Source: Entomortierella parvispora E1425 (Eukaryota; Fungi; Mortierellomycota). From it: a stretch of 64,000 nucleotides of DNA. Position 1 is the first letter of the stretch. Each line of letters opens with the position of its first letter. Positions 1-14,300 of this stretch are shown here, piece after piece. The position numbers and the translations under genes are program-made. The stretch spans positions 1,240,001-1,304,000 of the forward strand of contig BQFW01000001.1 in NCBI GenBank assembly GCA_020891255.1, given 5' to 3'. Under the pieces are notes generated by a model, which was not told the origin of the DNA, did no database searches, and was given only the letters and a program-made list of their open reading frames with translations.

Positions 1-665
1 GCCATGTCGTCCTAATGCTTTCAAAAGGGTGTCTGCCTGCCAGGCAACCATAGCAGAGGTTACCTGTCAGGATCAGTGTGCCCAGCCAGACAGGAAACTT
101 ATCTATGCTGTTTTTGTAAATGAAATCGGGCATTCATTATACCTTTTTTCATCCATTCTACACATAGGACCGAACGTTGATTATCATTACTCCGTGTCGA
201 CCAAGACTCCGCTGTGGCGCCAACGTGTCGTAGGACTCCGACACCTAGTTTCTCTCCGAAGAAAGTCCTCAACATATGCCACAAGCCAGTTATTACTACC
301 TACTGAGACTTCTCTATCTCGATCGATTTTTCACTCCATGGTTTTCCATCACATTTGAATGAAATATGGCATGGAGATAGCGCTCGCCAAGGGCTACCTG
401 CCGGTACCAATTTCGCCATGAGTATCTTGAGCAAAAAAAGAAATATCAATTCAGACTTTATTTCTGGTGCACCATGCTGCCCCTTCATCCTCTTCCAGAC
501 CAAGTGACAGTGCGGCTTGAGCCATCGTTCACGTATGAACACTGAGCAGAATAAAAAATAGAGGAGAAACTAACGCTCTGAGTTGCAGATGATGGAAGGA
601 GGCGGCACGTCCAATTAGAAAACTGGCTAAAGGAATTCGTTTGATCTTGCATGGGCATGACACCG

Positions 666-815
666 CTAGTGACACATGCGGCATACGAAGGGGATCTTGA
701 AGTGGCCAGGGCAACACTTAAGTCTATACATGCCGTCCCTTCTGGAGATGGGAATTGAACTGGCTGCGGCGAAGCTCAAAAGAAAAGCAAGCATAATCAA
801 GCGTGTGAACGTCAT
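666..815 (-). CDS. Candidate small secreted Cys-rich peptide (49 aa if unspliced)
   Basis: ATG at 815 gives MTFTRLIMLAFLLSFAAASSIPISRR|DGMYRLKCCPGHFKIPFVCRMCH*: hydrophobic signal-like N-terminus, dibasic RR, 4 Cys. ATAAATA-like box about 80 nt upstream on the minus strand. A possible GTATGC donor in the 3' part means the C-terminus could be spliced differently. Confidence 0.4.
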   Translation of the reverse strand: MTFTRLIMLAFLLSFAAASSIPISRRDGMYRLKCCPGHFKIPFVCRMCH

Positions 816-3800
816 TTTTAATATGATGGAAACAGGAAGTCGAGATGGGTTTTGACAGAAGAGATTCTGGCAAGATACAACATGCAAGTGTTATTTATGT
901 GAATCAGCATTTGAGTTCCACATTGGAATGTTGTACAGCATCTCCTACCACCACCTCTTATTGTCCCCTGTCCCTTACCTCTTACTGTCCTTCATGTCTT
1001 ACTGTTCTCCGTCCTTTACTCTTCTCTAACTCTTACTCCATAGCTGCGATGGAACTAGGGTGAAGAAATCGATGCTGGGAGGAGAGAAAGAGCCGACATC
1101 GAACCCTTTTCTTCTACACTCCCCTCTCTTTTTTTTTTGGTATCTCTTTTTTCGACATCCGTCCTCTTCTTTCAACATCCCATCTTTTCATTGGCATCTC
1201 TCCCCTTTCACCCTTTTCTCTCTACCCCTCTCTGACCTTCCTTCTTTGATCCGTCTCCTTGAGTTTTATCTCTACACTTCCATGACATTTTTTGTGTACT
1301 TCCTCCTCTTAGTTCTTTTTTGCTGTCCCTCTCCTGATATCCCATCTCTTGATGTCAATGATGTTATTCATTGGTGTGTCTGAATCCTTTGCTGTCTCCA
1401 ATCCCATCCCTTGCACACTACGATTTCTTTTGAAAAAATGCAATTACCACCAACACCAACATAAAATTCGCTTTCTTCATCCAAGTACCACTTCAAAGCC
1501 AGGATGCATCCGTCTTTAAAAGTTGCAGAGGAACAATGTACCATGGTTCAGAGCCCCCCCTTTTTTTTTGTCAAACAATGTCTGTGCCTGTGTGCCGCGC
1601 CAGGATGCGAAAAAAAAAAAAATGGACCAGAAGACGGGAAGGACGTGCTCGCCAGATCACAGACTTTGTTCAATGCCAGAAAACAACCAGTGGCTGAACG
1701 ACGGATGGTTTGAAGGCTTAAAAAGTCGCCACAATTTTACTGAACAAACGCGGTTTGACTAGGGTTGGGGTGATGGGGATAACTCATTCTCGTGTATGAG
1801 CTCAGACCCCTCTTGGACAAGTAGAGAAAACGACATGAACAACAAGAGTGAATGCAGTTTTTTTTTTATCCGCTGGAGGCAAGCCTCATCGGGTTGTCAT
1901 GACCTAGTTCCGATCGACACAGAGGTTGGCACAGACACTATCCATCCTCATTCTTCTAGTCAACTTTGTCCTTGATCAATTCCAAGCTGGAGGGTCGCAA
2001 GCAAAGCAAGCTAGAATCACAGTCGCGTTTTACTGCGATGCTCGGATCTTCAGCAGCTCTATGAACCACCTTTCTTACAAACTCATGAGAATGGTCGACC
2101 AGGGAGATAACTGATCTGGGTCCCGAGACTGCGTTTTGATGTTGGAAAGGAGGAAGAGGACGAGGAAATCAAGAGCCAATCGCCAATCTGGAGAACGCAA
2201 CTTTCGAATCCAGGAAGGAGCGTGGTTACACTGACCAAGAGCTCCATTGAATCTCCGTATCAATTGCATTCTTCATTCATTCAAGAGGAGAGAGGGACAG
2301 AATGTACATTGCAATCGCCAGGTCATATCTACTCTTAGTGGTGGGTTCGCTGTCCACCATGGCGTTGTTTGTGTCTCAATTGGTCAGGCGTCCCAAAGCA
2401 AAACTTGTGAAGAAAGCATGAACAAAAGACAATTGGAGGGGATCATCAAGACTTGACAGAAACATTGTCCATTGTCGTGTATTATCCCGTGTCTGTCAAT
2501 TACCACGCGTCGGATGCTGTTGACTACTATGAAGAGGGCGGTAAATGCGTGTTTGAACTGCATGGAAGGGAGAGAACGAGGGGTGACTGACCATTATTAT
2601 ATGAAAACAATCTCCCTCAAGGTCAGCAACGTCCAGACCCAGATCCCGGAGCGAGGAGGGAGAGAAGGCGTTGTGATACCCCTGCATTCTCACTAAGGTT
2701 AAGTGCGCTGGGGGGTTGTGGCTCTGTTGTGGCCAGTCAGGAAGTTGCAATTCTAATTGTCATACGCTGGGACTGGGTGAAAATTACCAGTGCTCACAAC
2801 CCAAAGACCACAAACAACTACAACTGTAATGAACAAAAGACTCTCAAAAGGGACTCAAATAAAAAAAAACCCCTCCTGGGGGATCATCTCGTGCTCGCTC
2901 TTTTGAACGTTAGTCAGGGAAACCAAAAAAAGAGGCCGTTGAGTAAGGAAATAGGAAAAAAAGGGAAGGTGGGGAAAAGAGGGATGGAGGAGGGATTGTA
3001 ATGATGAATGGATGGCCCTTGCGCTTTTTGGATTGCATTTTGAAACGAACGGTTGGAGTCAGGGACAGGGTGTAGGATAGGATAGATTGCGCAAGATGCG
3101 TTACGGGATCGCTTTTTTTTTTTTTTTTTTTTGGTCTTACACAGGTGCACAGGGCGCACATGCCCAGACATCCTATCTTTGTCCCAGATGCAGGCACAAA
3201 AACACAAAGCGGACACGACACTGGCAAGGGTTGTTGACTTTGACTTTTATGACATCAACATGAACAAGGATGACCCAAGGGAGGAAGGGGCGTTCAGAAC
3301 GGTTTGCTCGATCGGGGCAAGAGGGGGAGAGAAGAGTAGACGTAGACGGGCGGACGGATCAGAGGAAGATCTCGCGGAGAGCGGAGCCCATCTTACTAAT
3401 ATACCCTGCCAATTGACCCTTTTCGCTCCACCCCCTTGCTTGATGGACTCTCCGGAAGAATAGGACCTTTTGCACCAGATGCACCGGTCGATGAGTGATG
3501 ATGATGATCTTACATAGACAATGCAGTGGTGAGAAAGCAGCACGAGGGATTGCTCAACAGAAAGCAAGCGACGCCACGAGCAACGGTCTAGAAGAAAGTA
3601 ACGCAGCAAAGAGCAAGAGCAAAAAGCACAAGCAGGAATGCTCTCGTCGGGAAAAGACAAGAGGTGCTTTGCCTGCTTTCTCTCGGTGGAGCGAGAACGA
3701 GAAAGAATAATGACAACAGACAACAGACAACAACAACAACAACAACGAGGACGGAAGGGCGAGTCGACACTGTTGTCGCACAAACGAGCGAGCGCGAAGC

Positions 3801-4082
3801 CAGGATTAAGAATAGAAGAGAAGCAACCAAAAAAAACCCTTGGGTTTCCTCTATTCCCAGCGCTGGTGCCCCGAGCAAAGAGAGAGGGAGAGGACCCACC
3901 ACAGACAGCCAGGGACAGGGTACCCTGTTTGTCGCCATGGCCATGTCCTTGTCCTTGTCCTCACTGCTTCTTCTCCACGCGGTGCGTGCGTGTCCACGAA
4001 CGTCCCTTTTCTTTTCTTTTCTTTTCTTGCTTGCTTGCCTTCTTTGCCCTTTACTGCCCTGCCTCTCTTGCTCTACCTTCCA

Positions 4083-4090
<8 letters not shown>

Positions 4091-4120
<30 letters not shown>
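4091..4120. repeat. (TC)n microsatellite in the pyrimidine-rich region upstream of chitin synthase
   Basis: Direct reading; it explains the overlapping low-complexity ORFs at 3588-4422. Confidence 0.95.
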
Positions 4121-4126
<6 letters not shown>

Positions 4127-4626
4127 TGCCTGTGCCCTCTCCCTCCCTTGCTTGCACCCCCTCTTCCCTTTCTTTTTCTTCCCTCCTTCCCTCCTTTTCT
4201 GTCCATCCCCCCACTTCTATCCTTTTATTCTCTCATTCTTCCCTTCCCTTTCCCTTGCCTTTCCCTTGCCTTTCATTCTTTCTTTCATTCATTCACCCTC
4301 ATCTCCCTTCATCACTGCCTCGCCATCATGTCGCTCTAGTCTCACTTTCCCTCTTCACTTCAACCTGGCCATGCATACCCTTCCCTTCGCTCGCCCTCAT
4401 TCTCTTTTCTTTTACTAGCTAATCTCTCTGCTAGAAAGCATCCTTCGCTCCCTCCTCTTGACTCCCTCTTCTCCCCCCTTCCCCTTGGACCCTTTCGTTC
4501 ACCCTCGCTTTATTTTTCCGCCCTTCAAAAGATCTACTTTTTATCTACCTGTTGATATCATACCCTTCCTATTCACCCAGCTAATATAATCGGACCTCTT
4601 GACCCTATAACATCGACAGCAGCAAC

Positions 4627-7600
4627 ATGAGCTCTGCTGCACCCTCTTCGGATAACAAGGCTCCCAAGTCGGGACAGCCCTCCACTGCCACGACCACATC
4701 CAACAACTCTAAACGAGGTGGCAGGAACCGCTCCCTCAGCAGAAATCGCTCTTTGACTCGACCAGAGCGCCAGCGTCCCAAGCAGGGGATGCTGAATCGA
4801 ACCCCTTCTCAAAAGACCCAGGATGCAGGTATCCAGGCCGACATGAATGACTCCACCGGCAATTTGATCCAGGCTCAAGGAGGCCAACCACCACAGGGTG
4901 AGTCTGGATCTGGACCCCTGTCTCCAGCTGCTGCCGCTGCAGCACAGGAGCAACACCAACAGCGACTGCGTCTTCAACAGCAAAATCAACAAGGGCAAGG
5001 GGGCCTACAACAGCCAAATATGCGCCCTCGTCCTCGACGCGCGTCCACACTGCGCCGGAACGGGTCTCGAGCAGGCTCGAACGCTCCCCAACGTAGACCC
5101 TCGACCATGGCACGCGCCAAGAAAAAGTTGGCAGAAAGGGAGATTGAATTGACTGCTTGGGTGGTGGTGTCAAGGATATTTACGTGCTGCATCCCATCTG
5201 GTCTCCTTCGGTGTTGCAACGGAAGGAAGTTTTCGCGAATCGAGGTTGTGCAAGCATGGCGCGAGAAAGTAACTCTGTGCATGATCATCGCGCTGATCTG
5301 TGGGGTGCTCGCGTTCATCATCTTTGGACTCACCCCGACGCTGTGCCCAACAGATTCTCGCTCTGTTATCGCGTACTCGACCACTCCCACGGACGGCCAG
5401 CCAGCCACCAAAGGTAAGCAAAAAAAAAAAAAAAATCCAGGGCAGTAACAACAACGGTCAGGAACAGGGGCAAGGGCAAGACACATTTTTCTTTTTTAAA
5501 AAAGGAAAAAATTGGTGGCGAAACAAAACCCGCAAACTGAGACACATGACAGAGACCAGGACCCTTTATTGCATGCGGAGATACTAATGTTCCTATTTCC
5601 ATTTAGACAACCACATTGACTCGGTCATTATCCGTGGAAGTGCGTATCCCTTTGACAAGATGCAGCAGTATCTTAGTGCCCGGAACATCATCATGTCACC
5701 AGACTTCAGGGCCATGGACATCTCCAGTCTCTTCTATGACAGCTCAAATCCATGCTCCGACTACCCAGCTATCAATGTTACTTCTACCCAGTGCACAGTT
5801 CCCAATCCCTACAACAACACCCCCCTTGTCGCCAAACCTTGCCTGACCTTCCAGGACCTTTCTACTTCAGGACCCAAATTCACAGGAAAGGTGTCGTTCC
5901 TGTGGTCGGATGTCAATGATCTCACTCGACCTGATCTCAACAATATCATGATTTACGACGGGCAGAGTACGTTGATTTGAGGGTGTTGCTGAACGGGTCC
6001 ACAATACCGTGTAACCCGAAAGGAAATGATCCGGCTAATTAATGCTCACTGAAATTATTTCCATCATAGTTTTCAATGTCACCCAGTTTATCTATGGGAA
6101 CCAAGTCTTTGGACCAGACGTGGCCAGTGTTTTATATAATAATCTTCGAAAGGATGCATCCTTGCCTTTCCAAAGGACAGACGCTCGCAAGAAGGCCATA
6201 GGCTGCATTGAGGCGATGACACAGGTTGGAGTGTTGGAAAACACAACTATGGGCTGCTTCGCCTCCAAGATTATCATCCTGACAACTTTGATCTGCGTGT
6301 GCATGGTCGTCGGTATCAAGTTTTTGATGGCGCTGACATTCAGTTGGTTCCTGAGCTATCGTCTCACAGAAAAGCCTCGAACGGTCCGCAAGTCCTCCCA
6401 AATCGAAAAGGAAAAGGAGGAGATGAGCAGCAATGGTCAGGATCTCGCACGAGGCAAGAATGCGGCAACACGAAAGAACCTGTATACGGTGATGCTGGTT
6501 ACTTGCTATTCCGAAGGAGAAAACTCTATTAGGACAACCCTGGACAGTCTGGCCAACACTAGTTACTCATCCAAACACAAGCTGATGCTGGTGATCTGCG
6601 ATGGTATCGTGCGCGGACATGGAAACAAGTTGACCACTCCCGATATCGTTGTCAATATGCTTGATTTGGCTCCTGGAAACGAAAATCCAAAGGCGTCCAG
6701 TTACTTGGCCATCGCAGACGGTGAAAAGCAACATAATATGGCCAAAGTGGTAAGTTCTCACACTTTGACATGACCCAATACTACACTCACTATTGGACCT
6801 AATGACGAATCTCTTATTCTTTCATAGTATGCCGGCCATTATGTGTACAAGAAGAAGCGATGCCCAACAATTGTTATCGTGAAGTGCGGCAACCCTCTGG
6901 AGAAGGACGCAACCAAGCCTGGAAACAGAGGAAAGCGCGACTCACAGTTGATTCTGATGTCATTCTTCCAGCGAGTCCTCTTTGCGGATCGATTCACGGA
7001 GCTGGACTTTGAGCTGTTCCACAAGATCCACCAGCTTATGAACGTGTGGCCTGATCGGTTCGAGCTCTGCCTAATGGTGGATGCTGACACCATGGTCAAG
7101 GGTGATTCACTCAGTTACATGGTCACGGCCATGCAGAACGATCACACCATCATGGGACTCTGTGGAGAAACCAAGATTGCCAACAAGACCTCCTCTTGGG
7201 TTACAGCCATTCAAGTTTTCGAATACTACATCTCTCACCACCTCGGAAAGGCCTTTGAGAGTGTTTTCGGAGGAGTGACCTGTCTCCCTGGATGCTTTTG
7301 CATGTACCGTATCAAGGCGCCAAAGAACGAATCTTGGGTCCCCATCATTGCCAACCCAGAAGTCATCCAGGAGTACAACCAGAACATCGTGTCCACTCTC
7401 CACCAAAAGAACCTGCTCCTTCTTGGAGAAGATCGCTATCTGACGACACTCATGCTCCGAACCTTCCCCAAGCGTCAAATGGTGTTTGTGCCGCAAGCGC
7501 AGTGCAAAACTGTGGTGCCCGATACGTTCAGTGTGTTGCTAAGTCAGCGTCGTCGTTGGATCAATTCGACGATTCATAACCTTCTGGAGCTGGTTCTGGT

Positions 7601-9326
7601 CACAGATCTCTGCGGTATTGCTTTCCTCAGTATGCAGTTTGTTGTGTTGCTCGAGTTGATTGGCACTGTTGTCTTGCCTGCTTCTATCCGTAAGTTCTTG
7701 AACACGATGGTGATCATCTATTTGTAAAAAGTAATCATTGTAAAAACTAACTTTCCTTGTAACTTTAGTTTTTACTGTCGGTATGATTGTTTTCGCCATT
7801 ATCAGCAAGACTCTGGCGGTCCTGCCCATGGTCTTGATCATTGTTATCATTGGATTGCCCGCCGTACTGATCGTGTTGACAACCCGCAAGTGGATCTATG
7901 TCCTGTGGATGCTGAGTAAGCCTTTCGCTATCTCTCTCTTTGTCGATATCATAAGCCCCACAAACCTTCGACAGCTGAACTCACCCTTTCTGCCTTTTGA
8001 AACCATCATATCATAGTTTACCTGGTTTCCTTACCAATATGGAACTTTGTGCTTCCTTTGTATTCTTTCTGGCACTTTGATGACTTTTCGTGGGGAGAAA
8101 CCAGGAAAGTTGCCAATCAAAAGCGAAAATCAGGACAAGACCACGGCGACGCAGAGGGTGTTTTCGAAAGTGGATCAATCATCATGCGCAAGTGGGAGGA
8201 GTGGGAAAAAGAAAGACTCAAGGCCCTGGGCTACAGGATCCAAAGACGCCACTCAGCTGATCGAGGTATCAACGACTTGCCTCCACCAGCGGCTAGCACT
8301 ATGGATTTGAATAAGTCACCAAAGAAAACATCGTCCGCAATCAACCTCAACATGCTTGTGGGCGCCACCACGCCAGTTTCGCGGTCAACGGTGTCAGGAT
8401 CCATCGGGCGTCAAGGAACACTGCCTGCTGCCTCAACACCAAGTCTTGGATCAACTCTGAACAGCAGCTCAGGATCCCTTCGAGGACCTCCACCCAATGG
8501 GGGCCCAAGACATGTTTCTCATCAGCCTATGCCGCAGTCAACACCCAACCTTGCCTTGAGTCCAGAACAGCAACAGCAGCAACAGCAGATGCAGCGTCAC
8601 TCCACTGTAGGTGGTGGCATGAGACCTCCTCGTCCACGCCCGCCTCCAGGACAAATGTCTCCCCGCCCCCCACCTGGCTCGATGGGCCCAGGACAGTCCT
8701 TTGAAATGGGAGCTATGACGTCTCCAGGTACGCCTCAGCCTAGTAGAATGTCCTACATGCCCACGACAGGAGCTCAAGGTCCTGGACCGCGTCCATACCC
8801 AGCTGGCGGTGCAAACCTGGAGGCTCGTCACTCTGTTCATGGAGCAGCAGGACCAGGATTCAGACCCGTGCCATCTGCCAGACCTATGATGGGACGTCCA
8901 AGACCTGGACCTGGACCTGGGCCTGGGCCTGGACCGATGCAAAGACCACCACCACCGACATCACAGTCCTCTCACCCATTCCAACGACCACCTCATCCCC
9001 AACAACAGCAACAACAACAGGGTAACTGGCTGTCTGGACCTCCTGGTCAAGGCTCTCCAAGACCTCACCCCTCGATGCCATATGGCGGAGCACAGCAACC
9101 ACCGCCGCCTCAACACTTTGTGAATTATCAACAGCAGCAGGGCCCACCTCCTTCTTCAGCCCAGTCAAAGTCTGCATCAGCACCCATATACCCTCTTCCC
9201 CCACCAGTGACTGGAAACAACCAAGCTCATACATCTTTCATTGGACTTGCTGGAGATCGTCAGTCGAGGAGCAGCGACACCAGCCAGGAAGCCTCGAGTA
9301 CAAAGCAGGTTGAAGAGTCATCCTAA
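4627..9326 (+). CDS. CHS: Chitin synthase, division II (class IV-like, no myosin motor domain), 6 exons
   Basis: Exons about 4627-5413, 5607-5966, 6070-6749, 6828-7689, 7769-7915, 8017-9326 with GT-AG introns. Motifs: [65 protein letters not shown]. Pro/Gln-rich C-terminal tail. Confidence 0.97.
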
Positions 9327-11374
9327 ATTGCACAATTTATCATTCGTCTTTTTTTTTCTTTCATCGTGAGTGTTAATAAAAAGAACTTTGCACCGTCATA
9401 ACCTGCCGTGATGGAGCACTCTGGGCCCATCTTGATGTTCCCTTCCTTCGTCTGAGTTGTCGTATGTGTTATTCTGACTATTCTGCATCCCATCACTATT
9501 TGAACATGCCGCCCACCACTAAGAGGTCCAAGTATTTTTCAGGAAGACAAGATTACAAATATCCCTTAGACTGTCAAACGCGCCCCCAATAAAAAAAGTA
9601 CAGTCGACTCTCCTTTCGTGATGTTGCAATTTGCACGTTCATGTTCAACGTTATTTTCAGAGGCGGGCCATTGACAACACAGAAGTGATCGTTCAATTTT
9701 TTTTTATCGAGTTGCACCAACGAGAACAACGCGGGTGGAGTACGAGTCGATGCTTTTGTGAGCTACCCGGATCCTCGCGTACGAGCTACGGTGGACTGCC
9801 AACAAAGTGATCAGGGAGTTCATTACTCGTTTTAGTCACGTTCGGGCATACACACTCCTTGAACTCCAAGAATAGTTCACGGTGGTGCGAGGTAGAGGGT
9901 GAAATGGAACGCGATCAGCGGCAACGCATCAATGTTGCAAGAACACCATACTGTCGGGTCCGAGGTTCACAGGCTCAAAGAGACCAGCTACTTGCAACAG
10001 GTTCATGATGATATGATGCTTGGCAACCGCGTGTTCTTTTTGACTCGTTGGATCATGGGGATCAGAAGGCGTCTGCCTGCCTTCCCTCTTCTATGAAGGC
10101 TGCTGCCCATGCATTTTACAGATTCGTTCTTGACCGCCTGCGTGCTCTCTTTACCTTCCCTGCCTTTGCCTGTCCTTGACGTGAATCAGTTTGAAAACTC
10201 TGCCCACATTGCGCTACTGTACGTACACAGGTGAGAATCATCGTTGCTTGCTGCCGCGCTGACATACATTTCCTTAACACAAAATACTCCCTTTCCTTAT
10301 TAGCTACCCATGGGGATTCGAAGACTCTCAAAGGAGCTACAGAAGTGCGGTGGTGTCGCTGGAAGTTTCTGCAAAGGCACTGAAAAGATCATCCATGTGG
10401 ACTTTCCAAGTCGATACTTCAGGCTGCGGAATGCATGAGCCTTTCAAATTGTACAACACTTTGCCCGAACCACGCCTGCACCAGCGCTGCCACTGGAGAC
10501 GGAGGTCACAGAAGGATCGAACAAGAGGAAGGCGATCAGTGATCATGTTGCATGCAAGAACGCCCTCCCCGATGAGGTAAATATTTCGAATCAATCATCA
10601 CAAAAACGTAGCGGGCTGGTTGAGGAGAACCTCTTTGTTCATGGTCAGCTTTCTTACCTTTTGATGTTGCGATTCAATAGAAGTTCCGCGTCGTTGGTTA
10701 CATAATGGATGACGCCCTATCCAAAATGTTCGATAAGGCTACCACAGCCACAGTCCTACACGTTGACGAGTACCCATCAGAAGAAAAACGGGAAGAGCAT
10801 CGAAGGAGGAATGCGACACTGGAAAAGTCCCTCGATATGTAAGCTCCAGACGCAGAAGTGAAATTTTTATAGAAGTTGGAATAATTTCCGTGTAGCGTGA
10901 ATAGTTTCACAGGGGTTTCATACGGGGACGGGTCCCTGAGTCGCATTTTTTAATTTGTAGACCGACCACCGTCCACCTTGTGCATTCGGGAATGGGGCAG
11001 CGCAAGCGAATTAGGGGAAAGCTGTCGTTGTCGTTACTCCGATAAACTGCAACCTCTCTTTCAGCTCATGCCAAAAAACCCCCATGTCTGTCTCGAGATG
11101 TCTCGAGATGTCGACCTTCATTCACCCACTTTTGGATCAATGCCTTAATTCGCGCCTATAAAAGCGTGTCCCTCCATCCGTCTACAGATTCTCTCTTCAC
11201 AGCATTCTCCTCACTGTCTGCTTATCCACGCTCTTCAACCCACACTCACACGCCACGCATCAACCGCACTACAATCCCACCACTTCATTCAAGTGTAGGT
11301 AATTCACACGAATGGGCTGTTCCTGAAAAAAAGCTGTTTACTGATGTTGAATGGTAATGTCTATTAGCTTCTGA

Positions 11375-14300
11375 ATGGCGCAAGAATCCAAGCAACAAAG
11401 AAAGCGACCTGCTTACGGGATGTCAGACGCTCATGGTCAGCCTTCTGATCAAACACCATTGCCGTTTCCACCTCAAAACAAAAGGGCGAAGAACAGGAAC
11501 CAGCTCGCCGCGGCGACCGATACACTTCCGACGGCTGCTGAGACAAACGACGCGCCTCAGGCACCGAAACATCGCGCTTCAGTTAATAAAGCAGCTTCGG
11601 CTCAGTACCAAGCAGGAAAACTCCCCACAAAGAAGAAAAAGCATGGCGGTTCCTTGACTCACCTGCCTTTGTGCATCAACCACGACATTGAGAATGCTTT
11701 GAGCGAGGAGGAACTCGAACGACGTCGTATCGAATCCGCCAACTTTATCACGGACCAGATCCTGCTGCTTCAGAATCCAGGTGCCACTGTTTTCTGTCAC
11801 CAAGGTAGAATAAGAGACTGGAGGGTAAGTCAGCAGTCTATACATGTGCTTGCTTGCTTGACATGATATGTTTTTTTTTGTGGGGTACCTCCTAAACCGC
11901 AACCGCCTTTCAATCTAGGACTACTGTATCGAGAAGCATGGAGCAGATACAAGAGTAAACGCTGTCAAGGTTATCCAGTATCTCAAAGATGTTATCTTCA
12001 AGGTCACCACTAAGAAGCTCATTGACCCCAAGAGAGGATACGATGGTGTTATTGGAACCTCGACAACAAAAGAACCTGCAGATGGAATGGCACCCCAGCA
12101 GGAACAGCACGCGAATACTGGCACTGGCAACAGTGCCAATCACGATGCTCAAGTGGAGGACAACAATGAAGTCTGGAGTGAAGACGATGGCGCCGAGGAG
12201 GAGGAGGATGATGGGTCAATGATAGCTTATGAAATCGAAAGTCGCCAAGAGAGAGAAGAACTGGAAGAACGGGACACGGAACTCTCACAGGCGCCTCGTC
12301 ACACCTGGGTCTCTGTAGACTACGACTCTGTGGCTGCGCAGTCCAATCTCACCACCCGTGAAAAGCTGGTTGCCAGCGGACAAAAGCAACCGAAAGCTGT
12401 GGTGAAACCTACTTCCCCTCGCTTTCGACCAAATGAGAGGAACCAGAGCTGTACGCCAGCACACATTGACTCTACTGCAGACAAGGCAAAAGGTAAGAAT
12501 TAATTGGATTTTTTTTTGAATGGTATTATACATTGTACTAACCATGAGGCCCCATGTCTTCCACCACAGTCTTCGATGATGCGGAGACTGATAATCATGG
12601 ACGCAGGGTCATTTATGTTCCGAGGACACTGGGCACCATACTCAACATCAAAAAAGCCCTAGTTCACCTTTGGGAAGAACAACGAGGCCAACAGGCACCC
12701 TATCCAAACCGTGTGCCGCATCCAGGATTCGATAAGACAGTGAAGACCATCATCAGCAACTATGGCTTACGGCTTGTTAAGGACTCTTTAAACCCTGACA
12801 CGTCAAGAAGCTCGGCCTGTTCTCTCCGTGACCCATACTCAGAGAGAATGTTTATAGGAATGTTGTCCTATCTTTGGCGCAATTTGCCGATCAAAGCAAA
12901 ATCAACAACGAAACGTTCCTACAGCACTACAAGACGGTACGCTTATCATCGGGAACGTCTCTGTCTTCTGGCTCGACACCATATGCTACTCTGCGATGAG
13001 GATATCCGAGGAGTTACTCTGTCGGATCTGTTTCACATTCAGCGACTCCACAAGGCGCCTGGTTCCAAGATGGCCACCGGGTTGACATTTACGTTGAGCC
13101 GTGGAAAAACGAATCAAGAAGGTGTTCAACTCTGTGGAACGGCTTTTCGTCACAAGGACTATCGGCGGTGCACTGTTGGTGGATTTGCTTTCTACATGCT
13201 GGAGCGCTGGCAGGTGAGAACAACAATTGTACCATTGCAATGTGCGGTGTTTATTGCTAATATTGGGATATTGGGTATTTATTCGATTTTCTCGGACGGG
13301 TGGACTTGTTAGGTCGATCAGGAACCTTTGCCTGACTTCGCAGATCCGGATGAATGGAGCAAGTATACACTCCTTGTGGATGGCTCTTCTCCTGAGGAAA
13401 GAGCGAAAAAAGACAGAAAAACGCCAATCCATCTCCGGACTCAGATCAACTCGACTGCAGCCATCATGAGGACATGCGAGGTTTACTCCAGCAAGGTGAC
13501 ACATGGTGGTAGATATGCTGGTACTTCAGAGGCATACTATCTTGGACTTGAGCGAGAACACATCCGACATCTTGGGCGGTGGGTAATGGGGCAGATGGAG
13601 AACTTCTATGCTCCTGAAAATCCCGTCATCGGAGCATTTTATATGGCGCACTTCAACCATAAGGACAAGCCATACTTTATCGAGAGAGACCTAGTTACTC
13701 CTCCCCTCGATCTGCAACGGCAAATATTCCCATGGATCGAAAAGGTTTTTGATGATCCCAGGATAAAGCAATTGGCGCCGTCATGGATCAAAACCTGCGA
13801 CGAGGAGATGGAAGGCGGTGATGCAAACGCGGCTTCGGAGACAGATGTGTGGTGGAAAATGAACGAGAAGGACGTAGAGGGAAATCGATGTGACCATGTT
13901 AGCAGTGCTTACGAACATGGCTCTGTCGTTGACTTGATAGCGTTTCTCAAGCTGATGGTCCGGATGAGGAGGGTTATTCTTCAAGACTCGGTTATGTTCA
14001 TGGAAGAGCGAGGTCCTGACGGTGTCACTCTCATGAACAGACTTCTCGCATCCGACCAGATGCAGCAGATATTCATCCGGGATGACTTTCTCCAGTTCAA
14101 GAAGGACCTTCTTGATGATATCAAGAGGCAAAAGGAAGAACGCACTCGCATCAACATCGACGAGGAGCTGAACAACACTGCCATTGCAGATGCCGTCAAT
14201 CGCATGAGCAATGAAATATCAGAGTCGCACGCCAGACAAGAACGCTTGTTGAAAGAGATATTGGTATCAATTCAACAATCCCAACATCAACAAGCGGCAT

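Noticed and set aside
3131-4422. Cluster of overlapping 100-250 aa ORFs upstream of the chitin synthase
   Set aside because: Produced by (TC)n, (CAA)n and pyrimidine tracts; the translations are low-complexity.
9700-10950. Short ORFs between the chitin synthase and the Crypton gene, possibly a decayed F-box/LRR-like gene
   Set aside because: Only faint motif hints across several frames; not supportable without a search.
11090-11113. Short tandem gtctcgagat repeat near the Crypton gene as a possible element end
   Set aside because: No matching repeat was found downstream of the gene, so boundaries cannot be assigned.
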